Under the pieces are notes generated by a model. It saw only the letters and a list, made by a program, of their open reading frames with translations. It made no database searches and had not been told where the DNA came from. Of a stretch of 64,000 nucleotides of DNA, positions 36,100 through 44,826 are shown in pieces (position 1 is the stretch's first letter; each line of letters begins with the position of its first letter). Both the position numbers and the translations under genes were made by a program. Origin of the DNA: a virus (Duplodnaviria > Caudoviricetes); IMG/VR virus record IMGVR_UViG_3300050509_000415, positions 5,253 through 69,252 of that record, one strand, 5' to 3'.

Positions 36100-36420
36100 T
36101 CAAAGGTAAACATCAAAAAACGCCGGGCCGGCGCGCTTGGTCCCACCCGGTACCGCAAGTAGGACCATAACCCGGTAAGTACCGGGGGTTACGGCTTCGC
36201 CGCTCGTGCCGCTGTTGAAAGTATGACGCGCCTGCAGGGTGGTTGCAGTCTGGGATATGATCCCGGCTGTCCAGGTTACGTCGGCGTTGGTATCGGGGGT
36301 ACGAACCGAGAAGGATACGCCCGTAACCGTCGATAGATTCAACCCGCCTGCACCCGGGGTTACGTTTACCGTAAGCGTTTCGGGCGGTTGGGGGTTGGAG
36401 TAGACGTACTTTATGGACAT
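36100..36420 (-). CDS. BppU-like Ig-fold tail protein
   Basis: LNLSTVTGVSFSV...TW.A...PGTYRVMV pattern. Confidence 0.55.
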   Translation of the reverse strand: MSIKYVYSNPQPPETLTVNVTPGAGGLNLSTVTGVSFSVRTPDTNADVTWTAGIISQTATTLQARHTFNSGTSGEAVTPGTYRVMVLLAVPGGTKRAGPAFFDVYL

Positions 36421-36427
36421 AAGCGGC

Positions 36428-36658
36428 TCAGCCGGCCTCTCTTATGTCCCTTTCCAAGCGGTCGGCGAACGCAAGTACCGCCGCGGCCATCATGTTTGGG
36501 TCTAGGGGGTTATCGTTGGGCCAGGATGCCTGGATTGACTCGCGAAGATGTTTGACGATGGCCAGGCGGTCGTTTAGGACGAGCACCGCCGGGGGCTTGT
36601 TGGGGCTTAGGCGGTCGGGCTTGAGGCGCATTAGGAGATCGCTCGTGGGCTTGATCAC
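36428..36658 (-). CDS. hypothetical protein
   Basis: 76 aa, GTGA overlap with the upstream gene. Confidence 0.5.
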   Translation of the reverse strand: MIKPTSDLLMRLKPDRLSPNKPPAVLVLNDRLAIVKHLRESIQASWPNDNPLDPNMMAAAVLAFADRLERDIREAG

Positions 36659-37845
36659 TGGAGCAACCCATTGGCCTGGAGGTCGTCCAAAAGTTGGTTA
36701 AGGACCTGGGAGGTCGATTCGTATGCGACCCGAAGGTTCTCGTAGGCGACGCGGAGGGCATTCAGGTCGACGAGCTTCGCCTCGCCGTCGGCCGCGCCGG
36801 TATAGGCACTGCTTTCAGGATCCGATGTATACGCAGCGTGTGTACGGCTGGCGGTTGAGTAGGTTTGGGTGTAGGCAGTGGGTCGTACGACGGCCGTAAC
36901 GCCGTAGAATCCAAGTTTCGAACCGTCGGCCGCTTCGATGAGTAATGTACCAGCCCCGTTCTTGAGTTGGGCCGAACCATCGACACCCGCGCCGTCCTTG
37001 GCGCCGCCGCGCAGGATTGCGTGTCCTCCGTCGCGGTTTGTGCCCGTCGAACCGGCGAATGCCGATTGGGCCTGAACCGTAAGGGAGTTGGTGGCCGCGT
37101 CGGAGGTTCGAGAGTTCTGCCGCAGATGCGGCGCAGTAACACCCTGGTCCCATAGAAGCCCGCCGCCGTTGTCGATCTGCATTTGACCGGCTGCGACGCC
37201 CAGTGTTACTGTGGTCGAGTCGGCGCTTATTAACTGAGTAGTATTGACAATCGCCTTGAAGCCAGCATGCCCCTGGGCAGTAAGAACTCCAGACGAGTTA
37301 TGGATGGTCGCCTGGCTGGCGACGCTCGTAAGGGAACCGGCACTGATCGTAGTAATATTGAGGACGGGTCCAGTTAGCCCGGCGGCGGCTTCCGATTCCG
37401 AATCGTTGTTAGTTTGCAGACCAATCGAGATTGCCGCGCCGTTGGTAGAACCGTTCCAGACTTTGATTCGGTCAAGAAGCGAGTCCGTAGTACGGATAGA
37501 ACACACTCCAGTTCCGGTAGCATCCAAAAAACTCCCATTGTCGTCCGAAGTTAGATGCGTCGTCTGTCCGCCAACTGCTTGAAACCTAGCGGGGGCTCCC
37601 GATTGACCGGTAATCTCAAAGGCGTTAATCCCGCTATTGTATGCAATTGAAAAGACCGGGATGGTCCCGTCGGTAACTCTAACCCCATTTTCAGCCTGGA
37701 GAACTAGAGTGCCGTTGACATTGTAAATCAACGTCTGATTTGCGGCAGATGTCAAGGTTTCGACTGAGACCGATGACAAATGCAGCGCCGGTCCAGTCAA
37801 GCCGTTGACCGTATCTGCGGTCGCCCAAACTCCGTTGTTACTCAT
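36655..37845 (-). CDS. tail fibre-like protein
   Basis: Internally duplicated GLTGP.L N-terminal units, GG.AILRGG and KLGFYGVTAVVRP, and a C-terminal helix ending LQANGLL. Confidence 0.7.
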   Translation of the reverse strand: MSNNGVWATADTVNGLTGPALHLSSVSVETLTSAANQTLIYNVNGTLVLQAENGVRVTDGTIPVFSIAYNSGINAFEITGQSGAPARFQAVGGQTTHLTSDDNGSFLDATGTGVCSIRTTDSLLDRIKVWNGSTNGAAISIGLQTNNDSESEAAAGLTGPVLNITTISAGSLTSVASQATIHNSSGVLTAQGHAGFKAIVNTTQLISADSTTVTLGVAAGQMQIDNGGGLLWDQGVTAPHLRQNSRTSDAATNSLTVQAQSAFAGSTGTNRDGGHAILRGGAKDGAGVDGSAQLKNGAGTLLIEAADGSKLGFYGVTAVVRPTAYTQTYSTASRTHAAYTSDPESSAYTGAADGEAKLVDLNALRVAYENLRVAYESTSQVLNQLLDDLQANGLLQ

Positions 37846-40308
37846 TTACGTCACCTTGATCGACATTTTCCAGTCGACTTCCCAGACCGAGCCCGAGTCC
37901 CCGGTTTCGCGAAACCGAATTGTATTGGTCGAATTATCAATGGTTGCCGCGTATGCCGCCGCTCCTACGTCTGCCTGATCGGACCCCAAGGTCTCCGTTG
38001 TTCCCAATTGAGTCGTTGTACCACCCTCGCGTTTGAATACCGCTCTACGTACGCCGTTGAAGTGTGCAGTGCCGTCCGCCTTGCGAGCGTGAAAAGTCGC
38101 TTCGAGCGAGTAGGTACCGTTCCGCGGCAGGGTTACGGTTGCTATGTTCTGCGCGGCTCCGCTGCTTGCGGTATGGATTGCCAGGCCTCGCATCGAACGT
38201 CCGTAGTTGTCTGACGGACCGAGACGGTGTATGTCGTTCGCCGCGCCCCCGTCCGCAATTGTTAGCCCCGGCAGGACGTACGCGGCCGGTTGTGGCCCAA
38301 CATTGATCATGGGCAGTGCCATAATTACAAATCCGGCCGTACCTGCGGTGCCAGGCATGCCGCCGCAAGACAATTGCAAATTTCGGTTACTACCGTCGTG
38401 CCAAAACGGGAAACTCAGGCGCTGCCACTCTTGTGCAGAAGCGGAGCCGTCGAACTCGCGAACTGCGGTCATGGCAGCAGCATAATCACGCGACAGCCGT
38501 AGGCGACCTGAGAAATTGGCCTTTACGAATATACTAAAGGTGTAAATCCCGGCGGCATATCCAGCGAAGGTTACTCCATCGCTCCACCCTACAGAGGCAT
38601 CATATCGCAGCGCGGCACCGAAATTTCCGGTTGCCCCAACCTCAGTCGAGGTATATTTTCGGGTTGTGTAACCCAACGACGTATCATTCGTAAAAACTCC
38701 AGTTGCAAATACGCTGCCAAACCCGACCGACGGGTCAATCTCCAACCCGGTAGTTCCTCCGGTCCCGTTTGGAATGAAAAGATTTGGCAATCCCTCAGAA
38801 CTCTGTCCCGGAGTTGGCATGGACAATGCGCGGACGATGTCTGTTACGTCCGTTCCGGCAGTTGTAGGATTATTACTCGTGTAGAATCGGAATACACCGG
38901 TCTTTCCGTCGAATTCGTACTGAAGTCCTTCGCCCTGGGACATTCGCCACTCAGAGGCCGGACAACTTACCGAGTCTATCCAAACTCTCGCTTCGTCGGC
39001 AAATGTGAAATAAAGACGCCCTCCTCCGAAGTTGAAATTGATTGGCACCGGGCGACGGATTGAAATGATGTCCGGAAAGTCGTCGTAGATTTCGATCAGA
39101 TTTTTGCTCGTATTAACGAATACGTCAGTATCGCTATAGAGCTGTGCCAGGATTCCCGGGTCAATTGGCAAAGGCTCTCCCAGGTAAGACATTCCAGTAG
39201 TTCGAACCCGGTAGATTACTAGAGGATCCTCTCCGCGTCGAAAGTCTTGAGTACGGATAATCCCCGAGCCCTCAAGCCACGCTTGCCCGCTAGCCAAGCC
39301 GACTCCTGTGATATGGGATACGCTTAGAACTCCGCCCCCATTTACAAAAACACCCATCGTAGCGCCGCTGTCAAATAGCACCGGAAGTGTGGTTGCATCG
39401 GCGATAATTCGACCATTGTCGAAGAAGAACCCGTCAAAGCCACCGTAGAATAAGGTACAACCCTCGAATCCGAAGTTCGAACATACGAACGTTTGGGCAC
39501 CGGCCCGATGGTCGGTCGACGAATCCTTCGCAATTGACGGCCCGGACTGGTACCTAAAGAAACAGTTATCGATGGTTCCTCCGTAAAGATCCAAGGACCC
39601 GTCTCCAAGATTTGTACCGTAATGAGCACTAAATCCTCCGATTACAATCGCTCGCCGGCCTCCTGCGAATATGATGTTTTGGATTTTGTTATAGCCGCTG
39701 CCGATGCGAAGAATATCGGTCGATGCGTTATTACCCTTTAACGAACACTGGCTTTCGCCGATCAATCCGATGTATGACGGCTTGTCGATGCACGTGTTGA
39801 TTTTGTAAACGCCCTTAGGAAGAAAAACGTCCTGCATGGTGTATACACCAGTACCGGCCGCTCCCGAGAATTGGTTGGCGTTCTGGGCCGAGTCGACCGC
39901 ACGTTGTATGGCGGCGCTATCGTCGGTTACGCCGTCGCCCTTGGCCCCAAACCACTTAACATTGAGCGGCCCGGAGTAGATGCGTCTCCATCCTGCCGAA
40001 GAAGAGCCAAACCCTGCGTCATTGAGAACTGTACCACCGTCGTCAGCAACGGGAGTGTTGCTCCATCGAAAATCCCCTTCGCCGCCGTCTCCGTCGGTAG
40101 CAAATCCTCGAAGAAACCGAATCTCGTTGTCCTGACCGAGTTCGTCGCGTAACTGGTTTGCAAGCCGCCCGGTCAGACCGACGCCCAGGGTCGCCGAAGT
40201 AGTTCCATCCTCGTTGACTAGAACGATGTTACCATCTCGATCAACTGCGACGTAGGCGCTCGTCAGCGACGAGTGACCGAGAAGGGATTTTAGGATGGGG
40301 CTAGTCAT
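37846..40308 (-). CDS. tailspike / polysaccharide depolymerase (pectate-lyase-like beta-helix)
   Basis: LRGFATDGDGGEGDF.W head-binding motif, then LNVKWFGAKGDGVTDDSAAIQRAVD...VFLPKGVYKI. A carbohydrate-binding-like C-terminal region follows. Confidence 0.88.
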   Translation of the reverse strand: MTSPILKSLLGHSSLTSAYVAVDRDGNIVLVNEDGTTSATLGVGLTGRLANQLRDELGQDNEIRFLRGFATDGDGGEGDFRWSNTPVADDGGTVLNDAGFGSSSAGWRRIYSGPLNVKWFGAKGDGVTDDSAAIQRAVDSAQNANQFSGAAGTGVYTMQDVFLPKGVYKINTCIDKPSYIGLIGESQCSLKGNNASTDILRIGSGYNKIQNIIFAGGRRAIVIGGFSAHYGTNLGDGSLDLYGGTIDNCFFRYQSGPSIAKDSSTDHRAGAQTFVCSNFGFEGCTLFYGGFDGFFFDNGRIIADATTLPVLFDSGATMGVFVNGGGVLSVSHITGVGLASGQAWLEGSGIIRTQDFRRGEDPLVIYRVRTTGMSYLGEPLPIDPGILAQLYSDTDVFVNTSKNLIEIYDDFPDIISIRRPVPINFNFGGGRLYFTFADEARVWIDSVSCPASEWRMSQGEGLQYEFDGKTGVFRFYTSNNPTTAGTDVTDIVRALSMPTPGQSSEGLPNLFIPNGTGGTTGLEIDPSVGFGSVFATGVFTNDTSLGYTTRKYTSTEVGATGNFGAALRYDASVGWSDGVTFAGYAAGIYTFSIFVKANFSGRLRLSRDYAAAMTAVREFDGSASAQEWQRLSFPFWHDGSNRNLQLSCGGMPGTAGTAGFVIMALPMINVGPQPAAYVLPGLTIADGGAANDIHRLGPSDNYGRSMRGLAIHTASSGAAQNIATVTLPRNGTYSLEATFHARKADGTAHFNGVRRAVFKREGGTTTQLGTTETLGSDQADVGAAAYAATIDNSTNTIRFRETGDSGSVWEVDWKMSIKVT

Positions 40309-41066
40309 TACGGAAGTGTTACCGAAATTGTGTATTTGTTGGAAAGGTACTGGAGTACGCCACTGCGTTGTGGGTTTGTCAGCTTGTGGTCGAAGACAAT
40401 TACCTCTCCAATCTTACCAGACATACCAACGTTGTTCCCGGTGGCATCGGCCCCGATTCTGGGGGTTGCACTGAATGCGACGGTATTGGTTCCAGTTGTA
40501 AATAGTTGCCCACCGTTTAAAAAGTTTGTCCATTCGCTCGATGTAGAAATCGTTTCGTAAATACACGGGGACGCCAACGAAGCAGTTGGATTAACGGTTG
40601 CTTTTCGTGCGGTAGACCCGAAATCGTCAAAGATCGTACCGTCCGAAAACGGGACATGCGAGGCCAGTGCATCCGTACCGATTAGCCACAGTCCGCCAAC
40701 CCCATCGCCGGCTGTTGATGGATCTGCGTCCTTTTGCATTACAACGTAGGCATGTCCGGCAGTAAGAGCGGCCAAACTCGGACCGTCCAACCAATCTTTG
40801 GTCGCATCGGCCGCAGGATAAGTGAATGTTACGGCTTGTTGGCCCTGCCAACTGACCGGAGTTGCGGGTTGGTTACCTGCAGTCGACTGCGTCCAGTTAC
40901 CCAGAGTTCCGCGATTCGGCCAAGTGTAGGTACCGCCGCCGGTTGCGTCGCTCGCAACCAACCACACAACAAGACCGCCGAGATCCAACGGATTTGGAAT
41001 TATGACCGGCGCATGTGCCGTAATACCCGCCGGAATCCCCTCGCTACCACCGCGCCGATGGATCAT
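40308..41066 (-). CDS. LamG/concanavalin-A-like lectin-fold virion protein
   Basis: LVVWLVASD...WPNRG...QP...GKIGEVIVFDHKLT..QR..V.QYL..KY. Confidence 0.8.
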   Translation of the reverse strand: MIHRRGGSEGIPAGITAHAPVIIPNPLDLGGLVVWLVASDATGGGTYTWPNRGTLGNWTQSTAGNQPATPVSWQGQQAVTFTYPAADATKDWLDGPSLAALTAGHAYVVMQKDADPSTAGDGVGGLWLIGTDALASHVPFSDGTIFDDFGSTARKATVNPTASLASPCIYETISTSSEWTNFLNGGQLFTTGTNTVAFSATPRIGADATGNNVGMSGKIGEVIVFDHKLTNPQRSGVLQYLSNKYTISVTLP

Positions 41067-41467
41067 GCATCCCCGCTAGACAGCCGCATCCACACCGATG
41101 CATCATCCGCCGAGCCGTCGCGTGCGAAGTAAATGGTGTCGTTTGTACTTGGCGCACGTGGTGCACGGGGTACGAGTACGTCCATAACCTCACCATCGCG
41201 AAGCAGCCATCCCATGGCGGCACTGGGGTTACCATCGTTACCCTTCGCGGTTGAAGCATCCGGCAACGCCGTCGAGACATGTGAGAAAAACCAGTAACAG
41301 TCGGCCCCGATGGCCTTTATGGTTACGTACTGGCCCTGCCATGCGACCGGCACCGCATCGCTGCGTGCGGCAAGATCGAGGGTGTAACGTCGTACGGTCG
41401 ACGGGTTGGTACCGTCGCTCGTGGGCGCACGTACCGCTTGTGCTTTTACTTCTACTGCTGAGCTCAT
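41063..41467 (-). CDS. small virion accessory protein
   Basis: 134 aa, beta-rich, ATGA overlap downstream. Confidence 0.6.
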   Translation of the reverse strand: MSSAVEVKAQAVRAPTSDGTNPSTVRRYTLDLAARSDAVPVAWQGQYVTIKAIGADCYWFFSHVSTALPDASTAKGNDGNPSAAMGWLLRDGEVMDVLVPRAPRAPSTNDTIYFARDGSADDASVWMRLSSGDA

Positions 41468-41619
41468 TACTTCTTTTTCCCCCGCACCTTGCCTTTCTTC
41501 GCTTTTCTGGCGACGCTAAGGGCGATTGCCACTGCCTGACGCTGCGGTTTTCCCGCGGACATTTCCGTACGAATATTGGCCGATACGGCCGACTTTTTGG
41601 CGGACTTGATAAGGGGCAT
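41467..41619 (-). CDS. small highly basic protein (50 aa)
   Basis: MPLIKSAKKSAVSANIRTEMSAGKPQRQAVAIALSVARKAKKGKVRGKKK*, a widespread phage family by recollection. Below the ORF-track cutoff. Confidence 0.8.
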   Translation of the reverse strand: MPLIKSAKKSAVSANIRTEMSAGKPQRQAVAIALSVARKAKKGKVRGKKK

Positions 41620-41666
41620 TACAGGCCCCCTTGCCAGACCAAAGAATGCTGGTTAAATGGCCAAAA

Positions 41667-42188
41667 ATGGCCACGATGATTAAGCATGTGTGTAATCGAT
41701 GCGGAAAAGAATTTTCCCGGCGAAAGGGAGCCGGCGGACCGGGTAAGTTCTGTTCTAGGCGTTGCGTCTGTTTGGCAACCGTCGCCGGAAAGAACAAGAA
41801 TCGCCAGATTCTGATCTGTCCCGAATGTTCTACCGCTTTCGAAGTTCCGGTATGTGGCGTTCTGAGCAGAGTTACCTGTTCTCGCAAATGCCTTGCTGAG
41901 AGACAAATGCGCGAAAGAAAGGGCAAATTCGGAGTCGGAAAAAACAATTCCGGATGGAGGGGAGGAATCCAAACCTACAGAAGACTTAAAAAGTCTAACT
42001 GCGAAAGATGTGGTTCTGTGAAGAAACTTCAGGTTCATCATAAGAACGAAGATCGGTACGATAACCGGCTCGAGAACTTGGAAACTTTGTGCTGTCGTTG
42101 TCATCGGCAACATCACAATGCCAACAGAAGAGACCCGAAGACAGGTCGGTACATTAGCCTTCCTTCCGACCGGCCGCAGCCATCTTAG
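41667..42188 (+). CDS. free-standing HNH endonuclease with Zn-ribbon repeats (opposite strand; start uncertain 41646-41676)
   Basis: CNRCGKEF, FCSRRC, CPECSTAF and TCSRKC, then CERCG...LQVHHKNEDRYDNRLENLETLCCRCHRQHH. Lower GC than its flanks. Confidence 0.9.
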   Translation: MATMIKHVCNRCGKEFSRRKGAGGPGKFCSRRCVCLATVAGKNKNRQILICPECSTAFEVPVCGVLSRVTCSRKCLAERQMRERKGKFGVGKNNSGWRGGIQTYRRLKKSNCERCGSVKKLQVHHKNEDRYDNRLENLETLCCRCHRQHHNANRRDPKTGRYISLPSDRPQPS

Positions 42189-42336
42189 CCATGCGTTTAT
42201 TCCCCCAACGCTTGCGCCCAATATATCCAGCGAGCGCCCCAGGATTCTTCGCGCCCTTCTTCTTCAAGGCGGCGACCAGGTGTTTGTATCTGGCACCGCT
42301 TCCGAGTTTTCCGCTTACCTTGTACTCGGACATCAA
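42154..42336 (-). CDS. small highly basic protein
   Basis: GSGARYKHLVAALKKKGAKNPGALAGYIGRKRWGNKRMAKMAAAGRK, a familiar phage family. Confidence 0.75.
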   Translation of the reverse strand: MMSEYKVSGKLGSGARYKHLVAALKKKGAKNPGALAGYIGRKRWGNKRMAKMAAAGRKEG

Positions 42337-44825
42337 CCAATCTCCCCCGAATCGTCTTCAACTGCATCACCGGCACTCAATTGACTACGAGCCCGGTCGC
42401 GCGTCCGTTTCGATGTCTCACGCCTCGGCGGTGTCTGCGGGGCCTGTGCAACCTTCTCGCGCTCTTTGGCCCAAAAGCCTTGGACACTCTTGATGAAGGC
42501 CGGCTCCATTGTCGAATCGAGCGGTGCACCCGAAATCAGCGACATCTGGATCCGCGACACGCGCGACGGTTTAAGCCCCCGCTCGGCCATATCCGCGATC
42601 TTTGCACCCATCTCGTTCCGTACCTGCTCCTGCAGTGCCGGACGGCGGACCTGGAATACCTCCGCGGTCTCTGGGCCAAGAATACCCTTGCTATTTACGT
42701 TCTTAAGTGCGCCCACCGGGTCCCTCAATGCGCTTTCGGCGCGAGTGAACTTTGACGCAGCGGTTATGCTCACGCGAGCCGGGGTGGCGGTATTGGCCAA
42801 CGTGTCTATACCCTTCTCCTTCCCCTTACCCTTCTTGCCCTTACCGCCGGACGCACCCAACCCCATGGCCTTGGTCGAAAAGACCGAGTTAGTACCAGGG
42901 GGTGGAAGTTTATCGGAAAGCCATTTCAGGTCGTCCGCGACCGTTTTACCCGCCGCCCGGCCTAGGTTGGGGTCGAGCACGGTTAGGGGTCTAACCACCT
43001 GAGCGGCCTTGGATACGGCTAGTTCGGGGTTGGCCCGGATTTGCTGCGCCGTGTCGCTGCTCTGTTGGTATCTGGTTATGATCTTACCCGTGGCCGTCGG
43101 GACCTTCTGGACGAGCTGGGAGGCGCCGGTGGTGAGGGTCTGGCCGACCGAGTTGGCAATCTTGCCGGTGGTGGCGTCTACCCCGCCTTTTACGGACTCG
43201 GCCGCGCGGACCAGCAGGGCGGCCGTATTACGGCTTTTAACGGCCCTCCAGGCCAGGTCGGTGGCCAACCCCACCCCGGCCGACATAAGCCCTCCTAGGC
43301 CGTGTAGGGCGGCCGTACCGGTGCCTATTCCCACCCTTAGGAGATCGCCCGTACCCAGGGCATCCTTGACGGCCGTGGCGGCGGCACTTTCTTTGAGATC
43401 GGTCGCGGCCTTATTCAGACCGAAGTACTTCTGCTTAAGTGCGAGATAGTTGGTCGCAAGGGGAGTATCGCCCGCCAAGGCAGCCCGGTTGACCGCATCG
43501 TCTACAATCCCTTCAATACCACCCTTCCCGTCGGTGCCGGTCTCTAGGATCCCTCGGAACTTCTTGTACGCGGTGTCGATCGCCTTGTCTTTCTTCTTAT
43601 TCCAGACGGCCTGGATTTCGTTATCGAACCGCTGGCGGAAGCCATGTAAGTCCGAAAGAGTGGTTTTTGACTCCAGGTCGGTCTGCCAGTCCTCAAGCTT
43701 ACGGGCGATCTTGGTATCGGCTTTGATGTTTTTGGCGCGCAGGCCGTCGATTAGTTCTTGGACGTCGGCCTTGATCTTGGTTGTATCGGGCTTGTAGCCC
43801 GTTTCGTCGATCTGTTTGATGAGCGAGCCGATCTGCTTGCCCACCCGTTCCCGTGCCGCAACCGCCGCTTCGGCCGATTCCTTTACCGTGTTAAACGGTT
43901 TGATGATCCCGGGCTCTTCCTTAATCGTACGGACGATCGAGTCGACGATCTCGGGCGGGTTGTTCTTGACGATCGTCTTGATCTGGGCCTGGGTCATACC
44001 CGCGGCCTTCAGGGCGAGTATGTTCGGACTCATATGCGCGGCCGCGACGTCCACGCTCATACGACCAGCGCCGCCTAGGATGCCCCCGAATGCGCCGCCA
44101 ATTGCCGCACCTTCGCCACCCGCGGCAAGGATCTTTTCAACCGAAAGACTGTGGTCGGGACCGAGTCCACGTACCTGTCGTGCGGTTTCTTCGGCGGCGC
44201 TATAGAACCCGCTTTCGGCGGCACCCGTTACGCCGTATTTGGTTGCGGATGCGCCCGCGCGCGTAAGCAGGCCGGTCTCACCGGCGGCACCCGTTACTAG
44301 GGTATCAAGACCTGGGATAAATTTGGCTGCCCCGGTAAGTTCGGCGAGCCCTTTAACCGCTCGACCGGTCGCCCCACCCGCACCACCACCGATCAACGCA
44401 CCGCCGACCGTACCAATGGCGGTCGATACCGGCATTTCCTCTTTGAGGACTTCGATGTCCCGTGCCATCTGGGGGGCGACTACGGCGCGCGCTACGCTCG
44501 TTTGTCCGAACGTGCCTACGTCGGCGGCCTGGGTCGCACCGGCTGCAATGCCCGCGAGAATTGGGTGTTCTTCGGCTGCTTCGTGTAGGGCCCGCGCACG
44601 CTGGGTCTCAACCGAAGCCGGCAACCAGCCTTCGCCGCTATCCAACGCCTCTTGTGCGCTTTGGGAAGGTACCTTCCAGATGGTCCCATCGGGGGCCATC
44701 ATCGGAACGATCGAATCTTTTTGAAACCGCGCCGTACCCTGGCTTAGGTGGGTCGAGATTTGGTCTTCGGGTATCTCTACGCCGTTCGGATCGTAGACCT
44801 TTAGCGGGATAATCGGTTCCGCCAT
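42333..44825 (-). CDS. large internal virion / DNA-ejection protein
   Basis: 830 aa, Ala/Gly-rich helical, third of three large ORFs after the nozzle gene. Confidence 0.65.
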   Translation of the reverse strand: MAEPIIPLKVYDPNGVEIPEDQISTHLSQGTARFQKDSIVPMMAPDGTIWKVPSQSAQEALDSGEGWLPASVETQRARALHEAAEEHPILAGIAAGATQAADVGTFGQTSVARAVVAPQMARDIEVLKEEMPVSTAIGTVGGALIGGGAGGATGRAVKGLAELTGAAKFIPGLDTLVTGAAGETGLLTRAGASATKYGVTGAAESGFYSAAEETARQVRGLGPDHSLSVEKILAAGGEGAAIGGAFGGILGGAGRMSVDVAAAHMSPNILALKAAGMTQAQIKTIVKNNPPEIVDSIVRTIKEEPGIIKPFNTVKESAEAAVAARERVGKQIGSLIKQIDETGYKPDTTKIKADVQELIDGLRAKNIKADTKIARKLEDWQTDLESKTTLSDLHGFRQRFDNEIQAVWNKKKDKAIDTAYKKFRGILETGTDGKGGIEGIVDDAVNRAALAGDTPLATNYLALKQKYFGLNKAATDLKESAAATAVKDALGTGDLLRVGIGTGTAALHGLGGLMSAGVGLATDLAWRAVKSRNTAALLVRAAESVKGGVDATTGKIANSVGQTLTTGASQLVQKVPTATGKIITRYQQSSDTAQQIRANPELAVSKAAQVVRPLTVLDPNLGRAAGKTVADDLKWLSDKLPPPGTNSVFSTKAMGLGASGGKGKKGKGKEKGIDTLANTATPARVSITAASKFTRAESALRDPVGALKNVNSKGILGPETAEVFQVRRPALQEQVRNEMGAKIADMAERGLKPSRVSRIQMSLISGAPLDSTMEPAFIKSVQGFWAKEREKVAQAPQTPPRRETSKRTRDRARSQLSAGDAVEDDSGEIG

Positions 44826-44826
44826 A

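Noticed and set aside
41619-42221. 200-aa minus-strand ORF
   Set aside because: Antisense shadow of the HNH gene, with no recognisable motifs.
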